DNA of 64,000 nucleotides from Amoebidium appalachense (Eukaryota > Protista > Ichthyosporea). Positions 57,501-64,000 of this stretch are shown here, one piece after another. A program made the position numbers and the translations under genes. The stretch spans positions 2,170,001-2,234,000 of the forward strand of contig CAVNZM010000006.1 of assembly GCA_963693365.1 (NCBI GenBank). Reading direction: 5' to 3'. A model generated the notes under the pieces. That model had not been told where the DNA came from and did no database searches. It saw only the letters and a list, made by a program, of their open reading frames with translations. The stretch's first letter is position 1; the number at the start of each line of letters is the position of its first letter.

Positions 57501-58434
57501 TATTTGTGTGCAGCCATGGCCTTTCGGGTCCTTTTTCTATTGGATGATGGTAGTTGTGTGTTTGTGTGTCGGGGGAGGGGGGGGATTGTGTGGATTATTG
57601 GGATTGGGTGTGGAGGGGAGTGGGAGTGGAGGTGGGGGGTTGGGGGGAAGGGGTAATAGTTTCGGACGAGGAGAAGAGCAGGGGGAATATGCTGGGTGCA
57701 TGGACCATGCAAGCCTTGGTGTGGACACAGGCAAACACGTGCTAGAGCACTTACTACCACACGACATGCATGTGCCAATCTCTGATCGTATCCCACGAAA
57801 TTCAACTTGCCCCCCCTCCCCCCCCCTCCCCCCCCCCCCAAAACCCTCACCCCCCCAAAGAACTTTGTGTGTGTATCCCAATCAACCCTTCCTTCCCATC
57901 CCCTCCTCCTCTCTCCCCCCCCGGGGGGGGGGGGGGGGGGGTTACTACATGTGTGTCTGCGACTAACCTATCCCCCCCCCCCCCCTCCCCCACCAGTACT
58001 ACATGTGTGTGTCCGTGCAGACGTTCATGCTGTTCTACTTCCGCGATCTCATCCACGTTGACGACCCAAAGGACTCCACGGCCTGGCTGGCCCTGTGCGG
58101 TCAGCTGGCTGGCGCAGTCGTGTACGTGCCCTGCCTGGCATGCAGTACACATCTACATGCACATTACTCATGCACATACAACCACAGGCAAAATCCGTGC
58201 ATGCACACACATGCCGGGCACGGATACAGATATTCTCGTGCATGCATGCACACATGCGCACACCACAGGCACAGGCATGCACAACACGCACACACGATTC
58301 ACATGTGCATGCACACTTGTTCACACACGTGCGCAGGCACACACACACACTACATTTACACACATACAGGCTAGGCACACACAACACATAGACACATGTG
58401 CGCGTGCGCCCTCACACATTGTTAGCAAACCCGT

Positions 58435-58492
<58 letters not shown>

Positions 58493-59373
58493 ATACACAC
58501 ATCGATGCACATGCACACTTGCACCTGCACACACAGACAAGCACATCTGTGTGCAGATGCACACTAGCACCAGGCATCCACTCGCATGCATAACCGCGTG
58601 CACACCCCACACGTTCACACATGCAGATACACATGAAGACTATGCACATACTCTCTCATCCACATGCACACACATATGCCCCGATGTGCACATGCACATA
58701 GGCGCAGAAGAGTTTGCATATACATAAATGACCTGCATGTGCATAGCACACCCAGCACTTACCATCGACAGACACGTATACACCCTGCTCTCGCCTGCCA
58801 TGCCTCTGCCAGCAACGTGTGCACCCACATATCGCTATCCGTATTGGCTACCGCCCATGTTGTGTGGCTGTTTGTGCTAACACCAACGTGCCCCATCCCA
58901 CACACACACACACACACATACCTACACACACCTACAGCTGCTACCCCATGGGCCTTCTATCGGACCGCATAGGGCGTAAGCCCCTCCTTTACATGTCGAG
59001 TGTCGTGATTATGGTCGTGTATGTGGGGTTCATCTTCACCCGCACCCTTCCTGCCGTGCTCCTATGTGGTGTAGTGTATGGGGTGGGTAATGGCGCATAT
59101 CTGGCTGTGGACTATGCTTTGGCCTGCGACACATTGCCCAATAGGAAAGAGGCAGCTAGGTTCCTTGGGGTTTGGGGGGTAGCAGCGTTTGTAGGGACGA
59201 TGATGGGCCCACTGATCTATGGCCCATTGCTGGTGTGGTTTGGTGATACGGGGCTGAAGGACAGTGAGGGCATGCCCGTGTACACGGAGGCAGGGTATAA
59301 TGTGGTGCTGGTGGTGGGGTGTGTGTGCATGGCGGGTAATGTGGCCGCTATAGTCCCGGTCAGGGCACGGTAG
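54367..59373 (+). CDS. MFS transporter, GPH/sucrose-symporter (SLC45-like) type, ~456 aa, 4 exons
   Basis: Exons 54367-54463 (gccaccATG; less certain), 56535-57247, 57997-58121 and 58938-59373 (1371 nt). Motifs: [57 protein letters not shown]. Confidence 0.88.
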
Positions 59374-62300
59374 TTGAATGCTATGAAAGGGGGTTTTAGG
59401 TCTTGGATCCCCCCTGTTGATAATGGGCTCTACTTCTATTCGAGAGTATGTGTGTGCTTTTTGAGAATTTATGGGAGATTGGTGTTTTGTGTAGGCCAAA
59501 AAAAAAAAATCAAAATATGTATTTGTTTCTCCCCTCAACACACACGCACACACACACACGCTAAGTTTTATATATTCCTTTTCGAATTGCGCTCAGAAAG
59601 CAATGAAAATTCGAGATATATGGGATATCCCCCTTGTAAGTTTAGTCGGGTCCAGTTACCAGCATTACGAATTTTTCTCCCCTTTCTCCCTTGAGTGTGT
59701 AATATGGGGTTTCTGTAGCGAGTCATGTAAAAGGTGTATGTGCCACGGCAGGACCGTGTGATTTGCGGCACTGGGTGCCTGGAAAATTATGACATAGGGC
59801 TCTGTAGGGGGTGTTGTATCCCCCCATCTAGGAGCCCCTAGATCGATCCCGGTAAATATAAATTTCCTGCCTCCGTAATGGTGATGGGGGTGGCTGTGTG
59901 CGTCAAACAGCGGGTCACGTGTTAAGGTGGGTACGGGTACGTGCCTGCTAGGGTGGCATGTGCATGGCACGTGTTACGTGGGGCCAGGTGGTTCTACCCT
60001 TCGTTCTTTTTGTTTTGCCATAACCAGCAAATCACATGCTCGATTAAGTTGCAGGTACAGTGCATGTGCCACATGGAGAAGCCGGTTCACATGTGCACGT
60101 TCGAATCCGCAGGGGGGAGGGGGGGGAGGGAGGGGGGGAGCTATTTGTCAGTTGAAATACTGAAAAAAGGCGACTTATTATTGGTTGGTCTTTGTGTATG
60201 GGTGATGCCAAAAGAGGAGATCACGCCATATATAGGCAAAGCCAATCAGTGCGTGCATCTGGCGCGTACGTCCCATATTGATTGGTGTCTTGGTGTGGCT
60301 ATGTTAAGCACGTGTATCCTCTCTTTTAGCATATCTGCTCATATTTTAATTTTTGATTTTATTGCATTGCGGGTCAAGCAGGTCCGCACCATCACGACAC
60401 TTGCATCACATAAAACCATTCTATTCCGGTCACACAAGAACCGAAAGCCAAAAAAAAACCGCTCTTTAAAGTTCACTTGGGCATATCTACACCAGCTTAA
60501 GCTCCTGGTTGCTTGGATAAAATCCTACAAACGTTTTGCCTTTAGTTTTTGCATTTTTGCACGAGCACTTTCCACGGGCTTTTGCATATCATACCGCCTC
60601 AAGCTGTTTTTTATTTCTAAATCTTATTCAATTGCGATCGCACATGTGTCTTGCCTATTTCTGAAAGTCTTTCATCATGCACATTATTTATAATTAGGGT
60701 TTAGGGATTATTGTTGTATATCTTGATCTACTCAAGTGCTTTCCCTATTGTTTGCACTCACATCAAATAGCGCACATGCACACACATCGAATAGCGCACA
60801 CACACCAAACAATACACATGTATATGCACATACATCAAATAGCGCACACACCAATTAGCGCACACACTAATGATTAGCGCACATGCCCGTAGCAAGTATC
60901 AGCAGACAGGCACGAGCCTCTCTTCCGACTGAGGCCGCTGACTGGGGGGCCTCAGCAGGGAATCAGACAGAGGGAACCCATGAGCGTGAGCACCAATGAC
61001 ATGTGGGGGCTGGGAAGGAGGGAGGGGTGGACCGGCCCTGCCGCCCATTCCCCCCCCCACCCCTCCGCCCCCTCCCCCTCCTCCCCACCCTTCCTCCCCC
61101 TCGCCCCCCCCCCCATCCCAACACCTCAACGTATCCCTGCACCTTTCAACTTCAAGAATATCCGTCACGACGAAATGGGAGACAAAATTACCGGGAAAAA
61201 ACAGAGCACGATCTGAAAGACAGAGGGCGTGCATACGGGACGTGATTATGGCCCAAATATAGATGCACATGCTTCAGCAATTTCAAGCATTCGGTAACCG
61301 TTAGATAAAATGGAGGGGGGAGGGCGGGGAAGGGGAGGGGAGGGGGGGGGGGGGTTAGAAAGAACAGCCGCGGATATCGAATCCCGGGCTACTCAATGGT
61401 CTGTTGTTTTACTTGTGGAGGAGCTGAGGATTGGGAAACAGTCGCGGGACCATGGAAAATTTCCGTGTGCAGGGAGGCAAAAGGGTTGTGCATGTGTGCG
61501 TGTGTGTGTGCGTGTGCGTGTGTGGTGGTGGTGGTGGTTGGGGGGGGTGGGGGGGGGGGGGGTGGTTGTTTAAAAAAACGCCCAGTAATAGTATTCACAT
61601 TCCGGAGCCGGCACGATAAGCATCCCTTTCATCCCTCCCATTTATCCTTGGACCACCCCCCCCCCCCCCCCCTTTTTTTTATTTTTTTCTATCCTATTCA
61701 CCCTTGACTCCCCTTCCACCTCTCCCAATAAACCTTGGACCATCATTTCACCTCGACCATTTATCCTCTTATCCCCACTTTCAAATATTTATTTCAATGA
61801 TTTTGACCCAACCATTTCACCTCTCCCATTCATCTTTGAAACCCCCTTTCCCCTCTTCACATTCGACCTTGGACCCCCCCTTTCACCCTTTTCATTCATG
61901 TTTAGACCCCCCCCTCGCCCCCTGTATAGACCCCCCCCCCCTTCACCCCTTTCATTCATGTTTAGACCCCCCCCCCCCCCTCGCCCCCCGTATAGACCAT
62001 GTCTAATATCCAGCTGTGTTTGAAGGAACTCATTCACACTACCCCACCCAAATTACTTCCCAACCACTCAGTCCCCCCCCCCCCCCCCCCCCCCTCTCCC
62101 CCCCCTCCCTCCCTCCTCCCGGCCCCTCCCACCCTTCCCCTCCCCCCCCCCCCCCCCCCCCCCCCCCAACCTCGGCGAGCCTTCTCAGGTGCACCTCCTT
62201 AAGGTTACCCAAGCCCCCACTCTTCCTGTGATATGGTTGGTAGAATAGGCTTTCTGTGGCTGGTAGGTACCCACCCAAAGGACGGCGGTATGGAATAAAA

Positions 62301-62632
62301 CTGCCTGGGGTATTTCTTAGATTCCTAGGGTTAGACTAGTACATAGGTACATAGTGTCACCGTAAAAGTAATAGTAACCGGTAATAGTCATTCGGTTCTG
62401 TCTGTTTATTTGCAGACTTATAGCCACATGAATATAAAATCGGTGAATTGCACAGTCAGTTAGCGTGTTTGGTGCCGCATTGGCGTTAATCATCTACGGG
62501 TACAGGATCTTAGGAATCACACTGGTAAACGGTCTGGCTCCCATCATACAAAAGGTTAAGCAACAGGGTGTTGGATTCGCCTGCCTGGCACGGTGAGTCC
62601 ATGCTATTGCCACTATTCATGCATTACTATTA

Positions 62633-63415
62633 TTATGCCGTTGGTGCTAGCGGTTTGCTGTCTGCCGATACTACAACCGTGTCGCAGCCAAAGTCATCGT
62701 GGAACCCATCACACTCGTGTTCATCTTCGCTCTCCTCCTCCATGCGCCCGAGCATGGACTCGGATCTTGAGAACGCAAAACGGTTGTCTGGTGTCAACTG
62801 TGGGGGTTAAACGTGTTATTCAACTAAATGTGATAGTGGTATGCTAAACTGCGGTTTGACCTGCAGATGAGCTCATGCATCGGATTCTAATGTAGCTGCT
62901 CCAGATAGAATGCTAGGTGGTCCGTGCACTGGGACCCAGCAGCACACCAAACAAATCACCGATGAATGAGTCCTCATTAGGTCCCCCCCTTCCCCCCCCA
63001 CCACCCCCTCATCCCGTCCCACCTACCTCCCAACCCCACAATATGTGCAACACACTAGACAAACCAAGTGCAGGAGGCTCTAGGCCACCATCCTGCCCAC
63101 CCACGTACTGTGTGTGCCTGCTTTTCCCCCGTCGGCCGTGCACGCCTGCAACCCAACCGTGCACTGGCTGTAGACGGCAAGAACACCAACAACCTAGCAC
63201 ATTCACAATGCGTACCTTTGCCTTGTGCATGCCCATGTTCTTCTTGCGCTGCTGCTTCTGGCAGTGTCTGCAGAAGTGCTTCAGCTCAACCTCCTGCTCC
63301 TTGGCCCGTGGCGGCGTGCCCGGCCCCTTCTCGTTGGGGTCCCGCCCGTGCCACGAGTGCTTAATGTTCTGCACGCGCAATGCCATGGCCTCGACGTGTT
63401 TGTGCAGGTGCCTGC
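62633..63415 (-). CDS. Probable exons of a gene of unknown function, likely continuing past the window edge
   Basis: An exon-like segment 63415-63216 (tag|...AAG|gtacgc; LRVQNIKHSWHG...HFCRHCQKQQRKK) and a terminal exon-like segment 62797-62633 (acidic EEESEDEHE...TAA). Connectivity is unresolved and no domain was recognised. Confidence 0.4.
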
Positions 63416-64000
63416 CTATAAGATATGTCTCTTTTCTTCTCTCAAAAGTGGTTGCTGGTTTTGTTTAGAGATACTGGGTATCATGTACGTAAAAGGAGCA
63501 GACACGGTGTGCTAATGACCTTGGGAAACTGGCCACCGTGGTGGGCGTGCACCTACATTTGTATGATTGGTACACATAGATAACAGGGAGCGCGGCAAAA
63601 GTAGCCTCTTGATGCTAGGCAAGACACGGTTCAAGGTAAGCGATGGCGAAATGCTTCAACTGATTAAACTTTGTCTCATAAATGATAGTATTTATTATAC
63701 TATAGCTTTTATGCACAGCTTATGATTATTCCTATATTTAATAGGTTATGTAAATCGTGTTTTGTCACCGTCATTTAGCCCGGAGAGAGGGTCCACATCC
63801 CTCGTTCAAAATCTGCACTACCTCAGTTCCGATTGAAGATCGCTGAATTTGCTGCGTGATATAGATACCATCAGCCATTCTGGAATTTTGTTGCTTTAAT
63901 CATGATAATGACATGATTCATTATACGTAGCTGTATTTGCCAGGTTACTGTAATGTCATTCACAATAGTAGTCTTCGCAGTAATTCATTCACAATCAATG

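Noticed and set aside
59941-60693. 250-aa ORF and a nearby ttagggtttaggg telomere-like word
   Set aside because: No recognisable motifs or exon-like composition, and there are only two repeat units.

Overview
This window is intron-rich eukaryotic DNA. The introns are full of poly-C, poly-G, (CA)n and (GT)n tracts, so most entries in the six-frame ORF track are low-complexity artefacts. Splicing exons by hand (GT-AG, reading phase checked at each junction) gives six apparently complete genes: a membrane-anchored purple-acid-phosphatase-type metallophosphoesterase (+), a 16-exon M20 metallopeptidase (+), a 10-exon bHLH-PAS-PAS transcription factor (-) that appears only as fragments in the ORF track, a 7-exon globin + RGS-like + AIFM2/FSP1-type flavin oxidoreductase fusion (+) lying head-to-head with the bHLH-PAS gene, and two divergent MFS transporters. 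A fragment of a seventh gene lies at the right edge. Also present are a decayed non-LTR retrotransposon, two MITE-like elements, minisatellites that amplify splice donors, and a structured ~170-nt element found in sense orientation in introns of two unrelated genes. The strongest candidate for a new system is the divergent bHLH-PAS / globin-RGS-oxidoreductase pair, a possible O2/NO/redox sensing module. The host cannot be identified from the sequence; a microbial eukaryote is inferred. All domain calls come from motif recognition by eye, not from database searches.
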